Part shown: positions 40,850 through 53,828 of the stretch, in pieces | How positions within the stretch are numbered: the first letter of the stretch is position 1 | How the letters are laid out: each line of letters starts with the position of its first letter | Source of the DNA: the human T2T-CHM13v2.0 reference genome, Homo sapiens | Assembly (NCBI RefSeq): GCF_009914755.1 | Contig: NC_060938.1 | Reading direction: 5' to 3' (one strand) | DNA length: 64,000 nucleotides | Position numbers and translations under genes: made by a program | The notes under the pieces: generated by a model | Database searches by the model: none | Seen by the model: the letters and a program-made list of their open reading frames with translations, nothing else | Told to the model about the DNA's origin: nothing

Positions 40850-42747
40850 AAGTGGAAAATGTCTCCCATGTGGCCAGTGGTGAATATCTTCCATCTAGGT
40901 CCGGGCATCTCTGCGTGCAAGAAACTTTGTCGGCTTTGATAGAGTTCAGTGGATAAACTGAACCTACTTGCAACCAGACTACATTCAAATAACTGAATCA
41001 CAAAAAGTTCCCTACATTAAGAAAAATGGAAGCATATTCAATTCTGTTGCTCTCACTAAAAATAGTATTACATAACTCAGATGATTTCAGAGAGGTTCAT
41101 TGATTCTCTTAATAAGGGTATATTAAAATATATTTTAAAATATTGACTTTTATCCTTGCATCATCCTTTAAAGAGTTCTATTTTTGGTTTTTAAAAAATG
41201 TTTATAATATGTTGGTACAGAGGCACATTATTCAACTTAACACAGATATCTATATATTGGTGGTATGTGCCTTAGGTTTTTCATGGATGGGGCGTACTGT
41301 CAAACTATAATAGCTTGGAGACCATGGATCTAGGCAGATTGGGTCTGTGAAAGCCTTCTGCTGGGACTGTCATGAGTACTCATGTGACTGTCATGAGTAC
41401 TTTCATTTCCACACCTGGTGAGCTGGTAGAGCCCTTCACTAATGTGTGGGGGTCACAGAACACAAAGCAGGGCAACCTTTTGTGCTTTCTGAATTGAATG
41501 AGCAAGTGCTGCTTCCTGGGTTCCCGTGAGTGGAAATGATGCTTGAGACCTCGGTGTCTTCATGGTCTTCTTCGCCACCAGCTTCCCGTGTCCCTAAGTA
41601 GCCCACTGCTCAGTCCCATGGGGGAGTTTCTACGGGTACAAGGCAGTCAAGGTTCTTCCTCCTGCGCTGTGGGAGCCCTTGTGGCACCTCTGAGCGAAGC
41701 CTCCTCCATGTTTCTGGCTGGGTGGCGTGGGGCAGCTGCTGTGCCTGGTGTGTGAGCCCTGCCTGTGGGGGACATATACGGGGGTGGCACTCAGAGACTC
41801 CCACAGTGAGAACACCTCCCCAAGGCCAGTCTGCCTTCTTGATGCAGTTTCAGATGGATGAGGTGTGGACAGACAAGAATGACAGCCAGTGCTCTGGGAC
41901 ATGGGGGCTGCACTGGGCAGTGGAAGGAGGACCAGCTTTGACCTGCTCCAAATGATTGATGTTTTTGAAGTTTATATAGCTTACCTCTAAAAGATCATAG
42001 TGATAAAAAAGACGTTTTCCACACCATACGTATATATATGTACATACACAGACACTTACCTAATGCACATAAATGCTTGACAACAGTTTATGATGTATTT
42101 ATAAAGGACAAGGACTGCGTTGTGTCCTGTAGAGCCAGTGAGACCCCCAATGGCCCACACCACCCTGTCCAATCTGTGCTTGGGCCACCATGATGGCCAC
42201 TCTCATTTATCGCCCAGCATCTCAGGCCACCCCACCTGCCATGCTCCATAGCAAACCATTCATCCATTATTATAAAGTGGCTGATTCTGAAAAGTATCAC
42301 CTTAGAACAATCCTGTTTTTGGTTTTTAGACTCCCAGATAAATAATCTACTGTATTAACTGTAGAGCCTTGGAAATGTTCCATGACCTCCCTGGGCTTGG
42401 TTTTTGGCTGTTAGGTGGGCATAGGGTCGTTGCATGGTTTATATGAGCTAATGCATGTCATGCTTACAGCAAATGTGAAAGGTGCACTCATCAATCCACC
42501 CATCTAAGCTCAGCCCAGGGGGAGGGGATGTTCAGCTAGTCAAGGGTGGGCTGGCCAGAGAAACAGAGAATAAGGGCAAATCTTGCTGCCACCGCTGTCA
42601 TATTTCCAAAAAGTGTCCATTGGGCTACATCGGGCCCAGGGGAGCTGTGTTTGCTATGAGCCCCATACCAGATGGCATCTTAGTTTTAAGATATTTGTTT
42701 TGTGACCTAAGTACTTTCTAACCCTCTCTTCTCTTTTTGTGTTGTAG

Positions 42748-42878
42748 GAACCCAGCTATTTAGTGGTCGAAGTGACTTTAGAATCACTACCTTGAAATTC
42801 CATCCAAAAGACCACAACATCTTTTTATGTGGAGGCTTCAGCTCTGAAATGAAAGCTTGGGATATAAGGACTGGCAAG
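42748..42878 (+). CDS. WDR25: Internal coding exon of WDR25 (exon 4 by recollection); encodes (G)[43 protein letters not shown]
   Basis: Polypyrimidine tract ctctcttctctttttgtgttgtAG|GA and donor CAAG|GTaata. 131 nt, phase 1 in and phase 0 out, matching the previous exon. Contains the WD40 motif 'AWDIRTG'. Absent from the supplied ORF track. Confidence 0.95.
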
Positions 42879-43217
42879 GTAATAGCCATATTCCTAACTT
42901 GGCCTTTCCACAGGAGAGCTTGTTTCGACAATTTGAATAATTGGGGGCAGGTCAGCATCTATATATAGGACCCTTGAGGTGGAATAATTACCACTTAATA
43001 TTTAATCAGTGCTAAGCATAATTTTTAGATGTTTTGAAAGAACATTCTTGAGTTGTCAGACTTAAAATATCAAAGGTGCAATTTTATGCAGCATATTACT
43101 AAAAATATTTGTTGAACACCTACTGTGCACAAATGCTTCCAGATGATATAAAATGAATCTGCTGGGTTACTCAAGGGAATAATGTGCGGGTACAGATGAC
43201 TTTGGTACAGAGAATTG

Positions 43218-43256
43218 GTGTGTGTGTGTGTGTGTGTGCGTGTGTGTGTGTGCGCA
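43218..43256 (+). repeat. (TG)n microsatellite
   Basis: Seen directly. Confidence 0.9.
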
Positions 43257-43369
43257 CTTGTTTGCATGCTTGCGAGAGGAAGGGAGGGGGTAAGTGCTTT
43301 TAGCTTGCTGTGGGAAGACTTCTTAGAGGAATCACTTTTCCTCAGTCTTAAAGGCTGGTTGTGATTTCC

Positions 43370-44225
43370 ATCCCCATCCTTTATTACAACCTGCTGTGCC
43401 TTTTACCATCACCACTTACTAGATGGCAGCTCCACCCTAGTTGTTCAGGCCAAAAACATCAGAATTAGCCCTGTCTCTGCTCTTTGCATCACATTCCCAT
43501 ACCCAAACCATTAGCAAATTCTCCAAAACTTGGACATTTTTCCCCACATCAGCTGTTGTAGCTCTGCTATTGTCTCTCGCTGGGATGGTTGCAGGAGTTT
43601 CCCATCTGATCTCTCACTTTCCCCCTTGCCCCTTGGAGGCTGTTCTCAACACAGCCGCTAGACTGGTCTGTTACAGTGTGACTCAGACATGTCACTCCTC
43701 TCATCAGAATCCTCCAGGCTCTGATCTTACAGTAAAAGCCAATGTCTCTGATGATCCACAAGGCCTAAATGATCCTCCTTGGCCTGGGGGTAGGTCAGCA
43801 TTTCTCATCAGTGCCAGCCCCACTAGGCTCCTTGCCTTCCCTGAACATACCAGCACATTCCTGTCTCAGGGCCTTTGCACCTGCTGCTCCCTCTGCCTGG
43901 AAGGCTCTTCTGCCTGTTTCCTAAGTAGAGGCTTGCTGCCCCCTGTCATGGGGCTCTGCTCACATATTACCTCTCGGTGAGGTGCCCCCTGCCCAAAACC
44001 CACTAGCATCCGCTAGTCCCCTCTGCTATCTCATTTCTCTCCATAGCATTTACCATCACCTGACATATTATGGATTTTATGTGTTCATTCATCTGCCTGT
44101 TTCCCTCCTCTAGAATGTAAGCTCTTTGAAGGCAGAGAGTTTTGTTTGCTGCTGACATCTAGCTTCTAAAACAGTGCCTGGCACATAGTTGGCACTGTGT
44201 GAATCATGATTGACTGAGTAAATGC
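43370..44225 (+). mobile_element. L2 LINE 3' portion
   Basis: ctcagggcctttgcacctgctgctccctctgcctggaaggctctt...tagaatgtaagctctttgaaggcag...aacagtgcctggcacatag. Confidence 0.85.
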
Positions 44226-46092
44226 CAGAGGAAGGCAGTCATGCAGACAGGGCAGATACAGGAGGTGGGAACACAGGATGTCTATGGGGACTTGGCTAGG
44301 CGTGGGCTTCACACAGCGAGGTGGCCTGGGCAGAGAGTCTTTCAACGCTGTGTGTCTTGGTCTCAACAGTGGGGAGCCACGGGAGGTTTGTGAACATCTG
44401 CCTTGGTCCTAGACAGGTGCAGCGTCCAAGCAGATATGTCCTGAGTAGAGGCTGTCCATGTGTTCCAGAGGGAGGAGGGTGAGACAGAGCCCCCAAGGCC
44501 TAGATTCCAAATTTGCCTTCTTGCTTCAGACTGGCTGGCACCAGAAGACCCTTTCCTGACAGGCAGTTGGAAGGGGCTGCTGGTTTGTTGAGGAGAGCCT
44601 AAATGCAGAGACTTTTCTTGACAGAGAATGGGAAGTTTTGTCTGTACATGAGATCTTGCTTAAAGTACTCACAAGTGGGAGCATAGATAGATGTAGTCTT
44701 TAAAAAAAAATCACACATTTTTCTTTTACAAAGGAACTTTCTTATAAAAATATTTGGAAAAGGGAGGAAATTACCCATAAAGAAGTGGACACAGTGGCAT
44801 TAAAAAAAAAAAACCGCCAAAACACGTTATATTTAGGATCTAAATACATGACAAGTGAAAGAAAACATTTGAACGTGCCTTGTGAACTGGAAACTCTTAG
44901 TCATACCGTTTGAAGTGGGACCTCCTGAGCACCCAGCCACTCCTGACAACCACGTCCCTTATGGGTGCGCTTACTGTTTTTAGCCTCAAAGACCAAACAC
45001 GTAAGAAATTACTCACCAAGGACGCCATCTGATTTAAGCATTTGTTAAAAATACCGGATTTTTTCCCAGGGCAGATGCCAGCTGACGAGCTCTGAAAATG
45101 CTGGGGGAGAAGCAATTAGAAGCAGATGTTGCTGTGACTGGTGTTGGCATGTTTGCGAGTCTCTCCCAAGATAGTAATGTGGCTAAGGGATCTGTGCAGT
45201 ATTTGTTTTTACTTCCTTTCTACCAACAATCCTCCCCCACTGGGTCACGGGGCTCGTTCCGTTTGCATCAGTTGGGCTCAGGGGACAACACTCTTTCCTG
45301 CTTAGACAGGTGTTGCCCATGTGTCTCAAATGGACTCGGCAGGAGGACCAGGGAGGAGGCACAGCCCCCTGCCCTCCAGGGACTCCCGCCTGGGGCTGCT
45401 CACTTCTTATCCCTGTGGGCTCCTGTGGCGCTGTCCCAGGTGCTGAACCTTCTGGCTCAGCCTGGGCGTGTATGTGAACATCCAGAAGTGAGCAGCTTGG
45501 CTTTTTCCAGCTGCTTTCAGGGACCGCGGTGGGAATCGCAGGTGTAAGTAGGAGGGACACAGACCTTAGCTTAAACCAAGACAGGCCTTCCCTTTTAAAT
45601 ACAGTAGGGAAGGAATGTTTTGTTGTAAAAGTAATACAGAATCATATGATAACATTGGGAAATTCAGGTAAAGAGAGGAGGGGGAGTCCAAGCAGCCAAA
45701 GGTAAACATTAGCAACATTTTGATATTCTTCTTTCTGTTTTTTTTTCCTCTTGTGGTTTTTAAAAAAATTATAAAAGCACTATTTGGTTTTATTTGTATA
45801 CGCAATTTTGTGTTTTGCTTTTCATGTAGCATTAGAAGGATATTCTTTGTTAGTGCAGACCCTCGTAAGGTCGTCAGTCATATTCCTTTGACTCAGGGTG
45901 TTCCTGACTCACTGCCTTGCTTCTCCCCAGGACTCAGAACAATGTCTGGCATAGGCAGGAACTCAGTAAGTATCTATGGATCAAATGAATCAGATGAATG
46001 CTTTAACATATTAAACCATTTCCCTGCATTAGACATGTAGGAGATTTAAAAAACTTTTGCCATTTAAAATTAATAGATGTGAGGACAGAGAC

Positions 46093-46289
46093 CAGCAGTC
46101 AGCAAACTATAGCCTAAGGCTAGTCCAGCTTGCTGCCAGTTTTTGTAAATAAAGGTTTATTGGAACACAGCTATACTCATTTATGTATCATCTGTGGCTG
46201 CTTTTATACTACAGTAGCAGAGTGGACTCATTGCAACAGAGACCACATAGCCCACAAAACCAAAGATATTTAAGATCTGGCTGACCTTG
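46093..46289 (+). mobile_element. MER58A (hAT-Charlie) with a deletion near the 3' end
   Basis: cagcagtcagcaaactatagcc...gtttttgtaaataaaggtttattggaacacagc...tgcaacagagaccacatagcccacaaa. Confidence 0.85.
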
Positions 46290-46507
46290 GTAAAGAGAGA
46301 TGTGATTCTGACATCTGTCACCCTATTGATTGTCAGGACTAATCCTCCTGAGCTGGCTGACAAGTTGGGTGTCTTACCCCATTCTGTGTTCCTTGCAGAA
46401 ACCAGGTGCTCAGAGAATGTGTTTTCCAAGTGGGAACTGTTCCTTCAGTCAGGGGTGTATAAGTTGTTTCTCTCTCTTGTTACAATCTCCAAACAAACTA
46501 TCAAGGT
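46289..46507 (+). pseudogene. RN7SK: Diverged, 3'-truncated 7SK snRNA pseudogene (approx. 7SK nt 1-240)
   Basis: GACATCTGTCACCCTATTGATTGTCAGG vs 7SK GACATCTGTCACCCCATTGATCGCCAGG; CTTCAGTCAGGGGTGTATAAGT vs CTTCGGTCAAGGGTATACGAGT; CTCCAAACAAACTATCAAGGT vs CTCCAAACAAGCTCTCAAGGT. Blocks are colinear. The symbol given is the parent gene. Confidence 0.85.
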
Positions 46508-47317
46508 TGACTTTATTACACATTCCACTGTAAGAAACATCTTTTTGCATATAGCTTTTTCCACATTTGGGATTTATTTCCTTAAGCTTGAATCTCAGAA
46601 TGAAAATTTCTGGGTCAAAGCAAGCCTACATTGTGAAGGTAAGGAGTAGGTTTCTGCCAACAGAACTGAGGGGAGTGAGGCCAGACAACCTCTCCCTGGG
46701 ATCTTAGGGCACAGTGAGTAGTTGGAACATACAACTTTTTAGTTACTTTCCAGTCATGAGATTTTATGATTCCTTAAACGTAGCCAAGTGCTAAGTGTCA
46801 AGATTCTGGACTTCTCTAGTCTAGCCCAATTCATTACAGCAAATGGGCTGTTTGGCTCCCTGTCTCCTCTTCTTGGTGATCTTGGGTGATCTCTCCGCCT
46901 CGGGTTTGATGTTTGTAGCACATCTCATTAGTGCAAAGTGCCTGACTTCATCTCCAGAGGTCGGCAGGATGTGTTCTGCACAAGCCAGCTGTGCGTACTT
47001 ACTTGAAACTGGCTTCCTGCCGCTGCTGCAGCATCCTCTGACCCCTCTTCCTCCCAGCAGTCTGCTTGAACATGGGTGTGGTCTGGAACCCAGGATGCCT
47101 GTGGTCTGACCTTTATAGTATTGTGAGGGTCAATTTCTGCAGAAGCCCCTGAGCCTCTAGTGCCGTTGGCCTGAGCTGCAGGAGACCTGGGCTCACGTCC
47201 TCCCTCTGCTACTTGCTTGGCTGGGTGATTTCGGCCACATTCCTTAAGCAAAAGCCTCTCTGATTCACAATTTTTAAATTGGTATCGTAAAGTGGCAGGC
47301 CAAGCCACACCTCCAAA

Positions 47318-47480
47318 GTAGCGTTTCTCAAACTCACCTGTGTAGGAGAGCACCTGGGCTCTTGTTAGGATGCAGATTCTGTTTCAGCAGGTCCAGGTTG
47401 GGATAAGATCCTGCATTTCTAACAAGCTCCCAGGAAATGAAGGGGAGGATAGTATATGGACCACATTTTGAGAAGCTAGG
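47318..47480. mobile_element. MER5A-type DNA transposon
   Basis: gtttctcaaact...atgcagattctg...ctgcatttctaacaagctcccag...ggaccacattttgag. Confidence 0.75.
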
Positions 47481-50132
47481 GACCAAAGGGCCTCTGAAGT
47501 TAAAAGTCCCTTGCTTCTCTCATTTGAACCTTATCCTCAATTAGCCTGCACCATCTGTGACCTATCTCAGGGACAACGATCACTCTTGATCTGTGGGCAC
47601 TTTTATCCACAGGTGTTTATTTACAGCCGCTTGGTGTGGGAGCCTGAGTCACCTCTGTGCCTGGCATCCCCGACAGGGCCTGGACCAGAGCAGGTGTTCA
47701 GGATAACCTGGAGTGAGCTGATGGGGTCAGCCGCCACTGTCATTGTGATAGAGGCCTGCAGGAGCACCCACCTGCCCACAACCTCAGGGGCAGTGGCCAC
47801 CCTGGGATCGACATAGAGGGCATGGCCCCTCTGACAAATGGGATATGAAGGCTAGCTGGAATTCAGCTGTAGTGAGTCATTCCAGAAGTGTGGACAGAGG
47901 CAGGAGGACTTGGGAGACCCTGTGTCAGATGAGATATGGTGTGGCCATCAAAGCACTGTAGTTCTCCACTGAGGCTGAGCTCCTCTGCTCCCCGGTGTTT
48001 GGTGGATAACAGAGTTATGAGTCTCTTGCATTTCCAGCTTTGCGGTGCTGTGGCTCTGTGCCCAGCACAGAATGGAAGCTGTAGAATTGCAGGAGAAGCC
48101 TGTGACACGGACTCAGCTGTACTGGGCCCTCTAGCAGTGTGGGGAATGTTCCAAGGTAGAGCCACTTTCAAGTTCACTTTAAGATGACTATGTATTTTGA
48201 ACCAAAAGTTAGGATAAGTAATAAAAATAAATTCTCCTTTTGTAATATGAATCAGATTTGTTAAGAAAGCTTATATAGCAAATTTGGTGAATCACCTTTT
48301 TTGCAGGACTACATTATGGAACCCCAACCTCAGCAAATTACCTCTCAGTTAAGGCAAGATTGAACACTGGAAATTGGAGCAGCCCTGGAAAATCTAGGAC
48401 ATGTGGCTCCTGCAGCTGGCAGCCTGGACTCTGCCCCAGTTCCTCCTCTCTTTCTATGTGCAGGGTGACATTGGGCAGGCTAGGGGTCGAGTGGTTCTTT
48501 TGTTGTCTAGCTCCTACTCTGCGCCTGAGAAAAAGAGTTGCAGATGCATTCAGATCTGCCAACTTTACTCCTCCAGAGAAGGCTGCACCTCTAAAACCCC
48601 GATTCTCTGCTCGCTCTGGGACTCTCATGATAAAACCAGCTCTGACAGGCCAGCTCACTTTCTCCAGCATACCCTGGTGTCACATTGACACTAATCGTCA
48701 ATATTTCATGCTTGTTCTACATCTTTTCTTCCTACTTTTATTATTATTTTTAAATTTGTAAAGGGACATTTTGACTTCCAGATCTTGACTTGGTTTCTTG
48801 ACCTCCTTCTCTAGCTTTGTCCCACACCCTCTGCAGGCACGTGTCCTAACATGCAGGTGACAGGGGAGTGGGTGGCTCACCCTTGGGCCTGTGTGGGCCC
48901 TCAGCTCAGCTTCCTATGATCCTAGCCCATCACTAGTATGCTGTAGCATTCTGGTAGCATGTGGACTCCCTGAGGGAAAGAGTTGTGCCTCATTTACCAT
49001 GGTATTCCCAGCATCCAGCATAGTGCTAAGCACATAGTAGGGAGGGAGGGGAGGCAGGAAGGGCGCAAACTGTCGCATGAATGACTGATAGCTCTAATCA
49101 AGACCAGTTCTTAAAATCACAAGCAATTATCCTGGCCAGTTGAACGGAGGCTGAGCCACTGTCATTAATTTGCTTATCTCCTTCCCCTCCTGTGGGCATC
49201 CTTCCTTGGATGGGAGTGATCTCAGGATGATAGTAATAGGAACTGGTAAAGCAGCAGGTGGTGGCTGGGCTGGCCTGACCTGACTGATCTAGGGCACGGG
49301 CCAGAGCTACCCAGGGAGCATTAGAAACTATTGCTGCCCAGGGTGGCCTAGGCCTCCAGGTTTTTGAAAACTCTGCAGGTGATTCTAATGTATAGCCAGA
49401 TTTGGGGGCCATGGTATGGGTGCCTAGTGAAAATTCAGAGTGGTTTCTGTGGGGCTTCTGCCCCAGTGGGTGAGACTGTCTTTGAGATTTGCACTCCTGT
49501 GATGGTGGCCATCTGAGAGATGGCTTCGTCTACTTGGCTCAAAGTGCCATCAGTTTTGTGGCATTGTAGGCAAGTTGCTTATTTGCCTTAATGAGATTTT
49601 GATTACTCTCCATTTGTCTCTTTCATCTGTTTTATATTAAAAAGGCTTTTTATTTGGACTTTTTGTGCTTTCCACAGTCCTGACTAAGCTTTGCTGCAAG
49701 CTAAACTTTGAATGCAGATGAGAGTAGGAGCCTAATGGAGGCAAAGATGTAGGACCCGAGGCTGTTCCTTGTCTTTCTTGGCTCCCATTTCCTCATCTGT
49801 CAACTGGGGACGTGGTGGAGCCCCTGATGATCTCGAGAGCCCCTTTCAGCAGCCAGTGCTGACCACAGTGTGCCTCCTGCAGGCATCACGCTGTGCACGC
49901 TGTGTGCGCCATGGCTCATTTCCTCGTGGCCTCTTGGGAGGTGGACTGGGTGCTGCCACCATCCCCTTCCTCTGTCAGGGCCCTGAGGCTCGGAAGGGCT
50001 CAGTTACACACCACAAGCACACGGCCAGTTGGTAGTGGGGCAAGACTGTGAACTGGGGGTGGTTTGATGCCCAAACCCTCACAGATCCTCTTGTTCACAG
50101 TGTGAATTCAGCTTTAGTCTTGAATGAACATA

Positions 50133-50431
50133 CAGTCATGCACCACATAATGACGTTTCGGTCAATGTCAGACCATATATAGGACAATGGTCCTGTAAGA
50201 TTATAGTGAAGCTGAAAAATTCCTGTCACCTAGTGATCACCTGCAGTGTTCAGTACAATCACATGCTGTCCAAATGTATAGCCTAGGAGCCATAGGCTAG
50301 ACCTCTAGCTTAGATGTGTCGCAGGCTATACCGTCGAGGTTCGTGTAAGCGCATGATGTTCACGCAATGACAAAATCGCCTGATGACGCATTTCCCAGAC
50401 TGTATCCCTGTCGTTAAGCAACACATGACTA
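50133..50431 (+). mobile_element. Tigger3/MER7-type (TcMar-Tigger) non-autonomous element
   Basis: TA then CAGTCATGCACCACATAATGACG...CGTTAAGCAACACATGACT terminal inverted repeats. Confidence 0.88.
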
Positions 50432-51575
50432 AATATTTATCAGTGAGGGCTGTGCGTTTTGTTCTTGGAGAAGCCTGCATGGACAGCCCTGGCATTCACA
50501 TGCTCACTGAGCACTGCCATGTGCAGCTCCGTGCCTGGTGTCAGGACCTGGCCATGGATGGGACAGTGGTGGGTTTTGTTCTGAGGGACCACAGCCCTGT
50601 AACCTCAGGCCTGAAAACAGAACCCAACGTATCTGTGAGAGCAGCCTTCCTGCCCCCAAAATATTGGCAAGGAAACTGGTTCTGAAAGGTTCAGCTGTCT
50701 GTGCAGGGTAGGCAGCCATTGACGGGATTGGATCTGAACCCAGGTCTTCCTCTAATTTCTGCTTCTCCCTATTGCAGGAAGAGGACGCATTTCATTTATC
50801 CATGTCACAAACATTTTCTGAGCCCCCACCAGAAACCAGGCATTGTCCCAGGGCATGGGGCAACAAAATCCAGTTAGATGGCGCATGCCCTAAAGCTGTA
50901 GAAGGGACTGCTGAAAACATCTGTTTCTCTCAATATTCAGTGGATCCATCAGCTTCACTGGCTGCCTTCACAATTGGCTGGGGAGTCCCTGTGTGTTCCC
51001 TGGGTTGTCTAAAGTCTTAGGCAGAAGTGGGCAATTGGTTCCCAGAATCTGGAACCTCAGAGACCTGCCCTGCAACCCAGTCCTCCTCTTCAGCCTCCCT
51101 CTGCACCACTTTCACTGGGACTGTGTAAGAAGACCCCTGTTTAAAACCCATGAGCTGCCAACAAGCTCAGTGGATGACAGTGGGAGGCCCATGGCACTCA
51201 AGAGGGCGATGTTCCAAGACTTTCATTAACACCCACCCCACTTGATAATTTTTGCCCTTAAAAATGCAGCAGGCAGTTTCAGAAAATATAAAGCAGGTTC
51301 TTTGGACCTGTGCTGATTCTATAAATATGATGTTTCTGTAATTCTAATTTATAAATCTTCTATAATACATATTGCCACTAAAATAAGCTCTGTGCTGCAC
51401 TGAACATGCTTCTTCTTAAGGTTTTTAAAAATTTATTTATTTTTTTTTACTATTGATTTACAATTCTTGTACTTGAAAACTTATTTTAGCCTTGCCATAA
51501 CTAATAGTGTCCAAAAAAGTCATGGGCTTGATGCCTTAGTTATTTTTTTGTCTTAATATACTTTAACTAAAAAAA

Positions 51576-51861
<286 letters not shown>

Positions 51862-52472
51862 TAAAGTAAATACTCATTAAATGTTTTTTGGTAACAGATT
51901 TATTCTGTATTGTACAACTCACTCATTCACTCATTCACTCAGTTCTTAGTGTGTTTGCAGGGTTATGCAGCCACAGCAGTCGGTTGAGAACATTTTCCTC
52001 ACCCCAAAAAGAAACCACGTTTTTTAGCAGCCATGCCTATCCCCCCAGTGCCCCAGCCCCTGGCAACCATAAATCTACTCTGTCTGTATAGATTTGTCTG
52101 TTATGAACATTTTATATAAATGGTCTTTTGTAACTGGCTTCTTTCGCTTAACATAATGTTTTCAAGATTCATTCACATTGTAGCCTATATCAGGACTTCG
52201 CTCCTTTATGTTTTTTTTAAAATTAGACTTTATTTTTTAGAGGAGTTTTATGTTCACAGAAAAAATTTAGCAGAAGGGCTAGAGATTTCCCACTTGCCCT
52301 CTGCCCATTCTTATGCACAACCTCCCCATAATCATTCTGCATCAGAGTGGCCCATCTGTTACAGATGGTGAACCCACAGTGACACATCGTTGTCACTCAG
52401 AGTTTATAGTTTACGTTAGGGTTCACTTTTGATGTTGTACATTCTATGGGTTTGGACAAATGTTTAATGACA

Positions 52473-52730
52473 TGTACAATAGACTGACTGTTTGTGTCCT
52501 CCCCAAAATTCATATGTTGAGGCCCTAATCCCTAATGTGATGATATTAGGAGGCGGAGTCATTGGGTGGTAATTAGGACATGAGGGTGGAGCCCATAGAA
52601 CTGGGGATAGTGCCCCTGTAAGAAGAGACACGAGAGAGATGAATCTCTCTCCACCACGTGAGGATATGGTGAGAAGACAGATGACTGTTTGCAAACCTGC
52701 AAGAGTGCCTTCACCAGACACCAGATCTGT
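52473..52730 (+). mobile_element. MaLR LTR fragment (MLT1A/MST-type)
   Basis: tgtttgtgtcctccccaaaattcatatgttgaggccctaatccctaatgtgatgatattaggagg. Confidence 0.85.
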
Positions 52731-52811
52731 CTCTGTTGAGATATCCTCAAGCTCAAAGATTCTTTCCTCAGCTGTATCCATGCTACTAAACTCATAAAAA
52801 GCATTCTTCAA

Positions 52812-52976
52812 TTTTTATTTCTTGTTTTTGGAGACAGGGTCTCACACTCTCTCCCAGGCTGGAATGCAATGCTGTGATCACAGCTTACTGCAGCCTCAAT
52901 GTCCTGGGCTCAAGGGATCCTCCCACCTTGGCCTCCTAAAAGTGTTAGGATTATAGGCGTGAGCCACTACACCTAG
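52812..52976 (-). mobile_element. Monomeric or deleted Alu (FLAM/FRAM-like)
   Basis: gagacagggtctcac...cctgggctcaagggatcctcccaccttggcctcc. Confidence 0.8.
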
Positions 52977-53646
52977 CAGTGCAGTGTTCTTTATTTTTGT
53001 TACAGTGCTTTTGATCTCAAGCAGTTATTTTTGGTCTTTTCTTAGAATTTCTATCTGTTTGCTTACAGTGCCCTTCTGTTTTTGCGTATTGTCTACTTTT
53101 TCCATTAGAGCCCTTAGCATGTTGATTATAGTTGTTTTAAATTTGCAGCCTGATAATTCCGTCATCACTGCCATATTTGAGTCTAGTTCTGATACTTGCT
53201 CTTCAAGCTATGTTTTTTGCCTTTTATTATGCCTTACAATTCTTTCTTGCTAGCCAGACAAGATGAGCTAGGTAAAAGGAACTGCTATAAAAAGGACTTT
53301 AGTAATGTGGTGTAGTGTCAGGGTGGTGGGGAAGTGTCTTGTGGCTAGGTTAGTCTTTTAGAGAGTCTGCTTCTGGACTGTGAGCTCACATGTACTTCTT
53401 AGTCCCCTCTCCCCTTTAAATAGGACAGGACAGCTAGAATGGGCTGGACCTGGGTGTTTTCTTCCTCCACATAGAAGGCTAGAGGGGAAGGAATTGGGCG
53501 TTTCCCTTCTCCCATGTGGAAGGCGGGAGCCAGTGGCGGTTGGGTATTCCCCTTCCCCAAGGTCAGCTAGGCTGTGATAAACCCAGCAGGTTAGACTCTG
53601 GCTAACTAGTTTCTCTGCAGTACAGACCTCATTAAGAGCAGAATGC

Positions 53647-53791
53647 ACTTTAGGAGGCTGAGGCAGGAGGATTGCTTGAGGCCAGGAGTTAGAGAGCAGC
53701 CTGGGCAACATAGCGAGATCATGACTCTACAAAAACAAACAAACAAACAACATAGCAAGATCCTGACTCTACAAAGATAAATACATAAAAG
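53647..53791 (+). mobile_element. 5'-truncated FLAM/Alu monomer with a duplicated 3' end
   Basis: TSD AAGA(G/A)CAGAATGC at 53634 and 53792; aacatagc(g/a)agatc(a/c)tgactctacaaa occurs twice. Confidence 0.8.
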
Positions 53792-53828
53792 AAGAACAGA
53801 ATGCTCTGTTATATTTTAAAGTAGTTCT

